Shown: positions 40,464-64,000 of the stretch, one piece after another
Layout of the letters: each line of letters begins with the position of its first letter
Numbering within the stretch: the first letter of the stretch is position 1
Assembly: GCA_030141605.1 (NCBI GenBank)
Contig: JAQGDQ010000001.1
Span: 496,001-560,000, forward strand
DNA from: Tubiluchus corallicola
Lineage: Eukaryota > Animalia > Priapulida
DNA: 64,000 nucleotides
Direction of reading: 5' to 3'
Notes under the pieces: model-generated
Told to the model about the DNA's origin: nothing
The model's database searches: none
Seen by the model: the letters and a program-made list of their open reading frames with translations, nothing else
Position numbers and translations under genes: made by a program

Positions 40464-42005
40464 AACCTATTAAAACGCCCTAAATTTAACAATTAACACA
40501 CCGCCCTAGATCATTGTACCCGGACAAAATGTAGCATTTTCTAGTTATTGTGCCAGTTTTCGTTGCGTACAACCCACGTACCTCTCAGTTTATTTTGGAC
40601 AAGTTTTATTAATTGCTGTAAAATGAAATGTTATTGTTGAAGTTCATCCAATAATTACGCGCTTACTGTGACTCGTGACCAAGGAAATAAGACAGTAATA
40701 ACTGATAACTTGATGAGCCTGTTTAGGATGGAAGCGATGCTGGATTACAGTTCATTATCAATGTTGGAATAACCTGTGTGTTAGTAACGTATATGTTTAA
40801 TACGCGGAAAAGTTTATAGGACACTTGATGGGTTATTGAAGTTTTATTTACCTTGTACAAAGAAATTTTAATGTTATTATGTACTACATGCTACAAGTGT
40901 GACCGATTAAATTGAATGTAGCGTAAAGTCATTTCAACGCATAAACATAAATGATAATCGCAATAATTAATTTTAACAAACACGAGTAGACCTAATTATG
41001 AAATCAGGAAATTTGATGGAGCCACGTCTATATTTGCAATGTCCATCAGCAGTCAAATTTGGAAGGCTATGAAAAATTGAGATTCAGCCAAGCCTCGAAA
41101 CCAGATTTTTATGGTTTCAAGCCCTTTTTCTTTGGTTAAGTGGATATTATTGCTTTAGCACTGGTTCAAATAAATTATAGCGAACATATTGTTTTAACAC
41201 TCATCTTAAAATTTACGAAGTGGAAAAACATTATTGTGTTATTCGTTGATAAATATCTGTGAAAATGTTTTTGAAGTTGCTTGCATTATTATATGCGTCT
41301 TACTGGACAGACTTGGATTCCGTGCGTAGAAACTTAATAAATAAATTATAGGTAAATTATAAATTAACAATTTATAGATTAATTGGTTTTCTTTGGCTTT
41401 CCATTAGTTGCCACAGGTCTAGCTCTAATTCATTTAAATAAAAGACCTTTTCTATGTCAAGCACAAGTTTCACTTTCATGCCCAGCGTCACAACTTACGG
41501 CTCCTCTTTTAGAATTTCTGCGCTGCACTCTCGCTTTAAGTGCAAAAAGTCTTAGTGAACTTCGTTATAGTAAAACAGTCGAGTCAATATTATAGGTGCC
41601 TAGTTCTCTCCACAAAACTTGCAAAGCTTAGAAAATATATTTTTAAAGTAGAATAATTAGAAATGTGACCTAACTTTCCACGTATTCACTAAAGATCTCC
41701 TGTTTATGGATTTCGGTCAAAATCTATTATATGAGCGCCAAAAGATATTATAGTAAATCTGTCAGTTTCGTTCCAACGTTGCTTTTTTACTTGCTGCTGA
41801 AAATTGAACCGGGTTCTCGCACTTTCTCGATACTGTACTAGTAGATAATCCGATAGTTGTTGTTATTTCTTTATTTTGTTATTTTAGTTCATTTCAGTAT
41901 AAGCTCACTGCGTACAATTGTGTTAAATTTTGCAGGCAACAACATAACTGAAAGAAAGAGCTGATTAAATTTACTGTTAGCATTCTTTCAACGTACGTAA
42001 CATAC

Positions 42006-51888
<9,883 letters not shown>

Positions 51889-52660
51889 TTCAATTAGCTG
51901 CGAACTGTGAGAATTTCGAGCAAAAGTGATAACAATTTCAGGGATAATGCTGAGTGAATGACCGGTGATTACAAGTGACAAGAATGTAAGAATGTGATGA
52001 CGAAGTATAATGACCAATGGTTTGCAGTAATAACTTGTAAAACTAATGTAAAAAAGATTATATAACTTTGCACTCGGTAACTAGCTCATGAATTTACAAA
52101 CTCAAGACAATTTTCAGAAGAAAATTTTAAAAATAGCATCTAAGCTTTTCACACATTTCACACAGACCAAATTCCACAGGCCTGTAACTTTATGTTTCTC
52201 ATAAAGACTGAATTCTATATGAATGTATCAATAAACATTGGGATAGAAATAAACCATAAACAGAAGACACACAATGTGACATGTTTTCTGACTCTGTTAT
52301 CACCTTATCAAGTGGCAGTTAACAATGTTCTAGAACTAGTTTACCCTAAGGATAATATATGCATGAATGTTTATAGTTTTTTGTGAATTTTTTTATGTAT
52401 ATTAATAAACACTGAATTTCAAATGTTTGCTTACATAGATCACTAGATCACTTATGTCTTTATTAGGCTAAAAACAAAAATTATTCACTATAATTTAATG
52501 TCACATAATCAGATATTAACAAAACCATAACTTTTTATGGTAAGATGTTATATTATACTTAGTTATTACATGCTTTTTTCAGAGTAGTAGTATTCTTTGT
52601 AATAGACATGATACACTATTTACATATAATTTTTGTTAATCGATAACATCTTTCTTTCAA

Positions 52661-52692
52661 AGCTAAACTATGTCAGGAGCTGGACATTCCAA
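52661..52692 (+). repeat. 32-nt inverted copy of part of the last VPS8 coding exon
   Basis: AGCTAAACTATGTCAGGAGCTGGACATTCCAA matches the reverse complement of 53545-53576 at 31/32 positions. Confidence 0.95.
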
Positions 52693-53483
52693 GCAATACG
52701 TAACTGAACGAAGTACATCGAAGAGCATAAAAAATATTTGTGGGAAATACTTTTTCTGTGAAACGAGTTTTCTATGGCAAAAAAATCTGGCAATTTTTTT
52801 TCTGGGAAGTTGTTTTTCTGGAAAATGTTCTTGAAATGGACCTAATCCGATGTTAATGTAGTCTACGATGACCGTATTTATTTATCTACCTAGGTTTCCG
52901 TGGAATAATCCTGAAAACAGGAAGCTTCTTTACCCTACATATAGTTTGTTAAGGGAAACGGAAGTCCAGTGCTGTAATGCCGGGCAACTGCAACCAACAA
53001 TAAAGAGCTCTCTGACTATTATTAATTAACAGATGTAACAGAAAAAATGGATATGTACAAGTACTTTCATACTCTAACAACTAACAACAGATATTTGCAT
53101 AAATCATATACATAATTATTGTTTAGTTACAGACGGCAATGCAGCAAATGCTTAATCTTGTATAAACAATATGATATTGATAACGAAATGCATTGCCATT
53201 ACATTTACCAGGTCATGAATTGAACTCCAGTTATACTAGGCTGACATCATGCTCTGAATTATAAGAATATATATAAGGACACAATTTATTGGTAACATTC
53301 ATTCAAGTCCTTGAAACCAAATCAACTAGTACAGAGATACTATGCCAGAAATGCTTTATTCAGAGCAGTTTGCCTTTGCTGATGTAATTCCTGAATCATG
53401 CTTTCCAGTCAGAAGGCACACTGAGAGACTATCTGAAACTGAAAATTACTGATTTTTCTCATGCCTACTTTTTTCTTAATGGT

Positions 53484-56400
53484 TCAATTCTCAAGTGGTG
53501 GCACATTCAGTTTGAGTTGAAAATCTTCACGCTGCAGAATGCTATTGGAATGTCCAGCTCCTGACATAGTTTTGCTATGTTGCTCTGGATGAGCTAGCTC
53601 ATTTAGTACAGCCAACTAAATAAAAAATTCTCTCACATTATTCTTATAAAACATGACAGAAAGCATCACTTTAGTACCGCAATACTAATTACAGAAATAA
53701 AGATATAAAACTTTGGCATTCATACACGACATTCGCTACAGTGCAAAAAATAAATTATATTTTTCGCAAAAAGAGAAGGTGAAGAAGAGAACGTTGTGTA
53801 CTACACTGATTAAATGATAATCAGTATGGTATAATTGGTATCATTAGATATCAAATAGTATAACTGAAATATAATACTATATCATACTGATACTACCAGA
53901 TATAGATAGTATAACATATTTGCAAGGCCTTTGCTAATAAATACAATTAAAGTCCTGAAGACACGACTTTGTACACATGTTAAACATAAAGCAGTTATGC
54001 AATGTTTGGCAAATACCATAAATCTGCCATCCCAAATAACATCATTAGAATAATGACAGGTAAGAGTATACAGCTTATTGTCCTTGTCTTTAATGCCTGA
54101 AAAATAACCTGCTAAGCCAATTTTTTGTCTTAATATGATGTCATGTAAGCATAAAGGCAAAAGATGTTCACAAAAAAAGAAAAAGTACTGTCGTGTTTTA
54201 GCGTGGATTAGAAATCCTACAAATTTCAAACAGAATATATTAAAGGGGAAAAAAAGGGAATTTCAAAGTCGGTCCCAAAAAACTTTCCATATGAATTTAT
54301 ATTACTTAGCATTAAACTTACCTGTTAAAGACTTACCTGTGTAACTGGAAAAGAAGATTCTTAATACACTAATTTAAAACATTTTTATCAACTGGTAAAA
54401 TGTCACTGATTCACCATCCCAGTGTGCACCACTGGCTCACCAAAAAAACATATTGTTAATCTTATTAAAAGGAAAAAGGTAGTACACATATTTGCATAGC
54501 TGGTGAAATGTGACCTATATATATATATAGATGCTCTGTTTATTTTTTTAACTTTATGCAATGTTATATGCAAACTTGCTGCAATTTCTTACTTAATGAC
54601 TAACCATTAGGGATGAGCAATATCTACCAGCTTGAACTCGAATCAAATTGAATTTGTGAATTTTGAATTCGAATCGAACTGAACTTCAGTATTTCGAATT
54701 CGTTCGAAAAGGAGATTGAAAGATTTTCGAACAAGTTTTCGAACCACCAGTAAAAATTAGTCTTACAAAGATCATGCATAATACTCGATTTTGTTCTGCA
54801 GTAAAACCACTAATAATTTGTTAAAAACTTGTGCACAGCTAAATTATGCTAATTACATGATGTTTCAATCGTTTTATAATGATAAAGAACGTATGTGATT
54901 GAAGTGCTGAATTATTCGAATCTACACTTTTAGGTTCAAATCGAATTCAAACTAAAAAAACTCATTGAACGTTCAAGCTTAAATGTTCAATGTTCACCCC
55001 AACTGGCCATTAAAATGGCTGCGCCCAACTGTCAGTGCAGAAATTTAAATTTACAAATTTTGTGCAGCATTACTGCTAATACAAACTTTTAAGCTAATGC
55101 AAGGCATTTGTAAGATATAGAAAAATAATTCTTCATTTCAGTGCAAATCAGAAACATGAATGCTATTAATATATTTACACCATACTTACCCGTGAGACCT
55201 TTTTCTGTGTTTTTCTGAGATGGTGAAGTGCTTGTTGTTGCATGTGATCAGGCTGGTTCTACAGAAAAAGGTTATTACTTTGTTAGAAAACATTACAATT
55301 CAGAGAAATTTCTACCTTAGCAAATCACCAAAGTTACATATTATACAATTATTTATAAGATGTTAAGATGTTAAAGGTCACGAGTCCTATCACTAGTAAC
55401 CTTTCCTCACTTTCGAAAGACCGGACGAATTACACACGTTTGAAGATGAAAACCAACACGATTAAACATTTGCAGACAACCTGATAACAAGCAATGGAAA
55501 TGTAAAAAACAGTGTTAAGTAAAATCATAACTCTGTCTACAAAATACCCATAATTGCTAAGAATTTATAGGATAACAAGAGTGACATTTAAGCACACTTA
55601 GCATTACAATATATTATCATCGTACTATTATGCAATATATTATTATAAGCAACACTTACAATAACATTTAAATCCTAGCACTTCATCCCACACAATCAAA
55701 TGTAAAAACATAAACATTTTGAATTTCCCAAACATTTCATTTTATTCAGCTTGCATAACAAATTAGCGTGTGCAATAATGTCTATCCATTACAGTTTAGA
55801 AATAAGAAAGACATACCTTTGCTCGAGTTGGCACCACATCAGCCAGCTGACTTGAAGGTGAACGTATGCGTGCCCTCCCAAGAGTAATCGGATTTGAAGG
55901 CTTCCTACTGCAGTGCCAACACTCATATAGTTCTGTGTTATCAATTATGACATAAGAACACATTGACTTGAGACAAGGAGCATGGTAACTGTGAAAGCAC
56001 CTTTACAAAACAAAAATACAGTAGATAGTAAGTTGCAGTATTTGTTAAAATATTATTATTTGATCTTATTTGTTGCAGAAACTATCAGTTTAAGTAAGCC
56101 GTTGAAGACACTGCAAACTGAAAATGTTGCTAAATTGTGCTGCAAAAGCATTTAGATTTTACATCATGGAGATGATAGGCAAATTGTACTTTCTAAAAAC
56201 ACTTATAATTCTAAAATACTTGCAAATACAACACTACTTAAAATATTTAAACTAACATTAATAAGCCCAACAAATTTTCAATTCTGCAATTCTGTTTTTA
56301 AGTAGATGTTTCCATTAAGCATTTAAGACTTACCTGAATATGACAACGTTATCAGCATCAGAGATGTTAGACAAAAGTTTGTGACACAAACTGCACTCTT

Positions 56401-59400
56401 CAGATGTCGCAGTGTACCCTCTGTTGACTGCACGTTGGAGATTAAACAAATGTCCATGAAGGTCTTGATGTAGCAGATTGTTAGTCGTTTTCAGTAACGT
56501 CTACGAAAAAACAATTTACTGTGATTATTTTGCAAGACGACTGCTAGGAAAGCATGATGTATTAAAACAATATCAAAATATATAACAGGAAACCGAACCT
56601 TATTGAATACAGTAATAGTAACAAGTGCCCCCAGGCTTTGGGAATCGTACTAGTGTTAGAAGTAAATGCAGAAAGGCATAGTTATTCTGGACCACTGCAA
56701 AAATACTTACTTCGTCACAATGCATTTACTTTTTTCTAGTTATTAACCAAACAGCGCAAATATGTTAAAAACATTAGTTAGCAAAAGCACTTCTTTTTCT
56801 AAATAAATAAAAGTATTAGCACAAATCCCCCAGTATGGTCAACAGCCTTGAGTATGATTAATCAAAATTTTAGAACTCACTGCTACAAAAATAATCGACT
56901 ATCAACCAGTCACTTGTCTTTTGGTATTTCTACAACTAGTTGCTGCACATTAGACTTAAGTTATTTTCTGCACTCATTATTATTTATATAGTTTCATGAT
57001 TAATATTAATCATAGCATTGTAGCATCATGTCTTAATAGTACTACCTTTTCATAATTAAAACTTTCTAACATTCCCAACACAAGCTCCTTGATTTCACCC
57101 AGTTTTCCCATATTATATGTTGGGTCCTAGAAAAACAAAGTGCAAGTGTGAAAAAATGTGCAAATATGAGTACAGCATAGACATATTTAGGCTTCACAAA
57201 AATCTTGTAAAACACACCTCAACAAAAGTCATGTTGACACCACAACTTTGCACAAATAAAGTAAAGACCTGACTACGTTTAAAACAGAAACCAAGTCTAT
57301 GAAAATGAATCAACCAAGCCAAACAGGGCTGCAAGACTTAGACCTCTAAAGAATAATGCAGCCTTTACTGCTTTATTCAACTCCAAAGCTAACTTCAAAA
57401 CACTATAGTACAACAATTTATTTTTTTATTGAAATACACTTCCAAACCTTTGCAGTGCTAAACTTCAAATATTTGATTAAAAAATTACCAGATTGTCTGT
57501 TTAATTTTTTATAACAAGCACAAGAAAGTAGTTACAGCAGCACATTTTTGTTTGCAAAAAATCATTTGCAAATAAAAAACAAGCAGTTCATAAAACAATT
57601 TTACATCAAGTCATGTTTCACTTGAACAAATAAAATAAATACTGTTATACTGTGATATTAAAACATTGTGAAAAAATTGCAACAAAAAGCTGTATTTCCA
57701 AAACAAATGTTGTTTTATAAAGCTACACTATAATGAATATACCTCAATTATTCTTTGCAGTATCACTGAGGCTGAGACATGTCCCAACATGCTGTTTAAA
57801 ACATGGCGAGTTACTTCTTTAAAAGCTAAAAATCAAGTACGGTATTCATTACTTTAATGAATTTATAGAATATTGACAATAACATCATTAAAAAGAACAA
57901 TTAACATGAGAATTCATTGATATTTGTGCAGGTATACGGGAAATACTTGTCTTCTATATTCACATCCACTTTCTGAGTATTATCAAAATAATTGTAAATG
58001 TTTCATTTAGTAAACATAGGGCAATATTAATGAACAAGTTCTTACCAACCTTCTAAATCTTCTGCAGAAAGTTGTTGCTTGAGTGCACGCTGAGGCTCCA
58101 TAAGCACTTCCAGAACAGAAAACCAAATGGCCTACAAAAACAAAAACCTTAATTCAGCACCCTTTTTACATAATTCAATATGGCAACAATTATTTCAAAA
58201 CAGTTGGAAAAAAGTTCAGAAAAAACATTGAGAAGAATGAAAGATGCTTATCATTACTATGCATACAAAAAATCCTTGCCAGTAGCCATCTTAGCATTTA
58301 AGTATGCTTGTTTAACTCATTTGTATTTTACTAATACGTGTGTAACTACATGGTGAAAAAGCACAAAATTAACAAACATCCTACCAACCTCTCTTTCCTT
58401 TTCATTTACTTTTGTGCTTGTTCTTTGACATAATTGCACAACGACAAATAATGAGGCCTGCACTACACTCCATGCTATGAAAACTTGTTCAGCCGTAGTC
58501 CGACCACCATCATGACCAATTAGTATCTTTTGTAGACTCTTCACTTTTTCACGTAAACACTGAAATAAAAATTTAACAATATAATGTTAAATCTCTACAT
58601 GGGTGTAGTAACTATCAATTTACCATTTCAGTAATCAAGTGAATTTAATATCATGATAAATGCAATAAACTTGTATTCATATTCATGAAGCAAAAGGAAA
58701 CACACATCCAGTAGGATATTGAAGGCTCCTGTCATGTCTCCCGATTTTTCCAGCAGGTACGCAACAGCATCCATGCACTTGTACTGTCGACAAATCTAGA
58801 AAGAAAAAGAACAGACATTAAAAGTTGTGTTGATCTTGTTAAAGCTGTTTGAATGTCTAAATATATTCCCTTGAATCAAAAACTGGTCAGAAGTTATAGT
58901 TTGTCAAGGATACACAGCATTCCAGTCAAGACACTCATACAAACTTCATGCCATATTGCTTCCATCAGTTCACATACAATTTTGAAACTCTTGTGCTTGT
59001 ATTGCTTCAGTACGCATGCTTCGCGAATCACACATTGAAAGTATCGCTAGGTGCTGTAAAACTATGGCACGCTTGCTACATTTAAATTAAACTCAAGAGC
59101 ACTTTGAGCAGGTGAGTAACTTTGACTAGTACAATATTAGTAATCTTCACCGTAGTTGCCTTTCTGCTATGGTAGTATCTTGACCACTCTGTTTTTTATT
59201 ACTTCTATTATCAGATTAATGCTAGAAAAACATTGATGCAGCCTTTATACTAATTTTGCACTCACAATTGTAAATGGGCCTGCTGTTTTACTCAGTGTAT
59301 ATTGGATATATATCAAATGTCTCTTTTGAGAAGAAAAACAATGATCAAAAAACAAATGCAACAGCTGCAGTTAATTGTTTAAATGCTGAAAAATTAAAAT

Positions 59401-62400
59401 TCACCTGTAAGGCCTGGTCAGTTTTATAGCCTTCTGTAGACTTTAAATGACTGCAAACCTCAGCAGGGTAGAACTGACACATTAGCTCCAAGTATGATTC
59501 CATAATCTTAGGATCCAAGGCTGCATCTTTTCCACTACCTTGATACTCCCTGTAATCAATTACACAAATATGCTTATTCAACAAACAACGCTGATTAATT
59601 GACAAAACTAATGTTTAAGAACTAGCAAAAACAAAAAAATAAAAATAAAAATAAAAATTCGAGTTCGCTACTTATGTAACTTTCATTACCAACTGTGTGC
59701 TATGCGGATAAGAATTCTGAACTGTCCTTGATTGGCTGCTTACTCATCAAGTCAGTAAATGTGTAAGTTGTTTCAGCTCCAAAAAAATTTAAGTTCAGTA
59801 ATAAATGATTAGAATCAGCAACCAACTAATCTATATACAAAAATACCTGTATTCAAAAACTCCTTGCAAAAAAGAGTACTTCAGCTGCGGCTTTGACGCA
59901 AAAGTGTCTAACACCTCATTCACATGGTCAGGAAAGGATGACAGAATTAACTGAGCTGTTTGTTTATTATCTATTTTCAGAAGTGTCTAAAATTAAAACG
60001 GAATTTGTAATAACAGAGGCTATACTAGGTATAATAGTACGATTGAAAAAAAATTAATATCTTTTCACTTTACAACTTTGCACATAAGTTCAGCAATACG
60101 GCTATAAATCAGCTTCGAGAATAACGTGACTACCTTGTGTCAAAGTCAGTAAAACACAATTAAAATTTTCTAACTCATTACTCAGATTAAACTGGTTTAT
60201 AAAGTTTAAAAAAAATACATATATTCAGTGTAAAACAAAGAAAGATAATAACTTAATTTAACGCATAGCTAATTTATAGCCATTTTTTATGTTAAAATGT
60301 GCACACTTTGCCCTTTAGAATGCACTTAATGAGGACTAGATAAGAAGTATTCTGGACTTACACATAACTATTGTAAAATATGCAGAAAAGTTGACCACTG
60401 AAAAATATTAACCACTAAACTGGATACGCCTAAAGATACATTGTAAAATAAAACAGCTGTATTAAAATACATTTCAGATCAGTTGGAGAGCTTTCTGATC
60501 ATTCACTTCTTAAGAAAAACAAATTAGCACCACTAGTTTTTTATTGATAAAACAAAAACAAACATTTTACCTCTATATTTGAAAAAGTTTCTTTCTGCAC
60601 CAGTTCTTTCTCTTTATCAGTATAACCACCCATGGACACAACATGTTCAACAAAATGAAAAACTTGCAATTGCCGTGATGTGTCCTTCAAATAGCACCGC
60701 AACATCTTGTCATACTCCCGACGTTTGTCGTACATCAGCTCACAAACGCGATAGCTAAAATACATAATCATGCAGCAATCAATGGGTTACAGCCACTACT
60801 ACATGGAATAAGTGTGATAAGAATGCCATTAGAGAAGTATATTTCCGGTGGCTATAGCAGTCTTAAACTCACAGAATGATGTTTTTGACCTATTGATGCA
60901 TGACCAATCTAGCATGACTGAATATTAAACTCTAGTCAGAAACTTAGTGCAAGTTAATAGCAAATGTCCATGCTCACATGTGGTTATAACTTTTGAAAAT
61001 TGTTAAGTATTATGTAATATATGACAAGTTACAAAAATGTTAATTTGTTATAATTATGACACAGCACTTCATATAATTCATTTTAATCACCAAATGGCAA
61101 CCATGAAACGTAAAAATGAAAATGATAAGCAAAAAAAAGATACAGATACATTTGGAAAAAATGAATTAAAACAAATAAAAGTATTAAAATTAAAATATTC
61201 TTAATTACAATTCAGCTGTTTCTGCAAGTGCAAGAAGTTTTTCCTCATCAAACTGCTGAATCCCGGCAGCATGTAGTAGTTCTAGCAGAGCTTGCTCACG
61301 CTCTTCATGTCTACTTTCATCAGCAGGATTAGATAGATACTCAAGCACCTGGTGAAAAACAGGATGATTTGAAAAAAATACAGGGAAGTAGAAGAGACAA
61401 AAAACAAGCAAGAGAAGTCAGACAAAATCCAGCAAGTACAGACAAGACTGAAAGTTCTGATTATTCTACTTAACATTACAAATTAATGATTTATCATGAG
61501 CAGCACAGTTACAATGCAGCAGAATTTAGTACAATGCCTTGTACATTACATGTTCACAATCTTTTTTGCAACTTAAAGGTAATAAACTCATTGCAAGTGT
61601 ACTTATACTATAATGTACGCATAACTTATTGCTGTCAATAGTGTATGTGATAATGATAAAACTGAAGCAAAATGCAAAAAAATATTGTGACCTTCTTACC
61701 TGTTCAAAAAGTAGTCGACTGACAAAGATAGTATTTCCTGATTTTGCCATCTGCCTAGCCAGAAATGTAAAAAGTGCTCCAACTTGAGTAGGCTACAAAG
61801 TACAATTGAACAGCATGACAGGAATCCAGAACCTTTTTCAAAATGCATTAGCAAATTTATATATTCTAAGCATCACCAAAGAAATTTACAAATTTAAACA
61901 TAAAGCCAAAGTATAAAATTGGCAACTCTCCTACAAGGAAACGTGTTATATAGCAGGTGCTACTAGTGTTACATTATGCATCTATGCATGTAATTAAAAA
62001 TGTAACTATAGTAAAAACACATACCGACAAAAAAGAGTCACACCATTATCATAATATCATAAAAGAATCATCAGCAGAAATAAATTTTGATTGTCAGCTT
62101 TTCATTTAATCTGTGACAAAATACTTACACTTGCAGGTTTCATTATGTCTTTAATCTATACAGTCATAAAATGCAGCAGACAACTACACACAAAAATAAT
62201 AGTGCCCCTAGGAAATGAGCAGCTAGACAACTACACAAGCAGATAAATGGACACATGAGAACAGCATACCTGATGCTGCACATAATGATGTGCAACTATG
62301 TTTCTACTTAATTGCTAGGAAATTTTTCCTTTTTAGGATGTTTTTTCTTGCCATTTTTGCCAGTTATTTAAGCCATAAGCTGGTCTGGTTTGCATTATAA

Positions 62401-63786
62401 ATGACTGTTGACTTTCTCAAGTTTTATTTTGTAATAAAAATACTGTTTTGCACAAATACCGTGATTTTACATTAAATAACACATAGGCTAGCAGACCATG
62501 CACTTAGTTGTCAGATGACGCAAGTGGAATGCTTCATTTAATCATAAAACCTTTACTGTGCCGGCATAGTAAATAAGGCTAGGTTTAAAAAACAGCACGT
62601 TTCTCACCCAAGCAGAGCTAATTGTATCCAGAGTTTTGCGCAAGCAGGCATTTAAATAATCATAAATAAAAACCACGCAAAACTGACACAGTTATTAGCA
62701 GACGTCGTCACGAATGAATCACAGCAGAGGTAGAGAAAAGCAAGCTGGAGGTGGTTTTACACAAAAATTTATTGCATGGATAATGCTGCCTTAATCCTAG
62801 AAATAGCAGAGTTTAAACACCATGAATTTACTCTTTTGTGATAAAATAGTTGTTTAACAGCAGCACTCATTAAAAAACTTGTGCCCGTTTTAAGAGAAAG
62901 TATTCTTTTCATCATCTGACAAATAGGCTTCATTTTGTTTTGCACAGGCATTTAAACAACTGAAACCAGGGTACAATGAGACTACAGCAATCAAATTTTA
63001 ATGGCCCTTAAAACTTGTTCTAGGCAGTTTATACTGTACTAAAATTTCCTAAGCAAAGATCACTTTTATTTCGCTCATTTAAAAGAGTATTGAAGTGCAG
63101 TAAACATAGGAAATAGATCCAGAACATGTGGAAAATTTTTCCAGGACTGCAGTCAGCAGCTACGGAAATTTCTCTAAACATTGCAGAAAAAGATCTATTA
63201 TTAAATGAGTCTGTCAGTGATCCCACACCCTCCTTTTACTCTGTTGTCTTACTGCCTCATTGAGTTTTTTTTGGTACACAGATACACACCCGGTTTGCAT
63301 ACATGCTTCATGAACAGTTAACGGAACTTACAGAAAACTCTGTACTGTTGACCATAATTTGTAGTAAGATATCTACAATGCGTTGCTTCTGTTGTTGCCC
63401 ATCTTCCGTATTAAATTCCGGTTCATCAAAAGCTAAAGACAATGCATTAAGAAACTCGTGTGCACTGTAGTGCAACAGAGTACGAAGATAAGGATAAACA
63501 GGTTCACCTAAAAAGCAACAATAAGTAGTCATGAAGCAGAAACTGCAAGTATTTGTTGTTAAAACTATGTAGTGAGCCAGCCAGTATCATCCATGCAACA
63601 TTTGTTTAGAGTTTTGTATATTAAATTAGATTAAATCTGCTAACTACAGTCATTTACTAAAGATCTGTACCTTCAGGCTTATTTGTGTGCAAGCAAGTCA
63701 AGGTTTTTATCACAGTCATCTTCACTTGTAAAACCATGAACTCAGGAATTACTCCTGTGGGGTAAGCACGTCCTGCGAGGCAGCAG
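53484..63786 (-). CDS. VPS8: Vacuolar protein sorting-associated protein 8 (CORVET subunit), 3' part, 16 exons, ~683 aa; the gene continues beyond the window end
   Basis: Exons (minus): 63786-63671, 63507-63332, 61792-61700, 61348-61209, 60754-60571, 59986-59847, 59549-59405, 58795-58706, 58559-58389, 58131-58050, 57825-57743, 57126-57046, 56500-56334, 56000-55817, 55258-55190, 53615-53484. All introns are GT-AG and phase-consistent. Motifs CCLAGRAYP, YPYLRTLLH, QRIVDILL, QVGALFTFLARQ, SRHEEREQALLELL, AYLLEKSGD, GKLGEIKELVLGML, a C-terminal RING-H2 (CSLC..CFHSYH..C..CWHC) and DFQLKL match metazoan VPS8. Confidence 0.97.
54608..54970. mobile_element. Degenerate hAT-like MITE in the last VPS8 intron
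   Basis: Starts TAGGGATGAGC, followed by dense TCGAA/TTCGAA subterminal repeats that recur near 54915-54950. The right TIR is decayed. Confidence 0.45.
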
Positions 63787-64000
63787 CTGTGAAATAAGAA
63801 ACGTTAACATTTAATATATATATATATCTACATACTCATATCATATATACATATGATATATATATACTCATTATCACACATGAATAAAAAAGTGTCTGTA
63901 AAAATAACTAATTAAGGAGTGAACATATAATAAAACTTAGCATACCTAATATAAACGAGAACAGTGTTTCCCAAATGTATAATATTATCATTTAAAGATT

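Overview
AT-rich animal genomic DNA with GT-AG introns, probably from a non-vertebrate bilaterian (inference). Four protein-coding genes can be reconstructed. (1) A class A GPCR with an intronless CDS (-, 6700-7926) and non-canonical NHY and DAILY motifs. (2) A spliced orphan gene (-, 38526-39808) predicted to encode a secreted 208-aa precursor of alternating acidic and extremely Arg/Lys-rich blocks. (3) An 11-exon CASK/p55 (MPP1)-type MAGUK with only PDZ-SH3-HOOK-GK domains (+, 42006-51888). (4) The last 16 exons of VPS8 (-, 53484-63786; the 5' part lies beyond the window). The rest is a mosaic of decayed CR1/L2-type LINEs, a hAT MITE with a perfect 8-bp TSD, Helitron/Helentron-like remnants, a possible solo LTR, microsatellites and a CACCA-type complex satellite. 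The most interesting observations are the secreted polycationic-peptide precursor and its micro-exon leader, a 32-nt inverted copy of the last VPS8 coding exon, a highly self-complementary ~270-nt island near 31 kb, and the CaMK/L27-less CASK-like gene. Exon coordinates were derived by hand from splice signals and frame continuity; no database searches were run.
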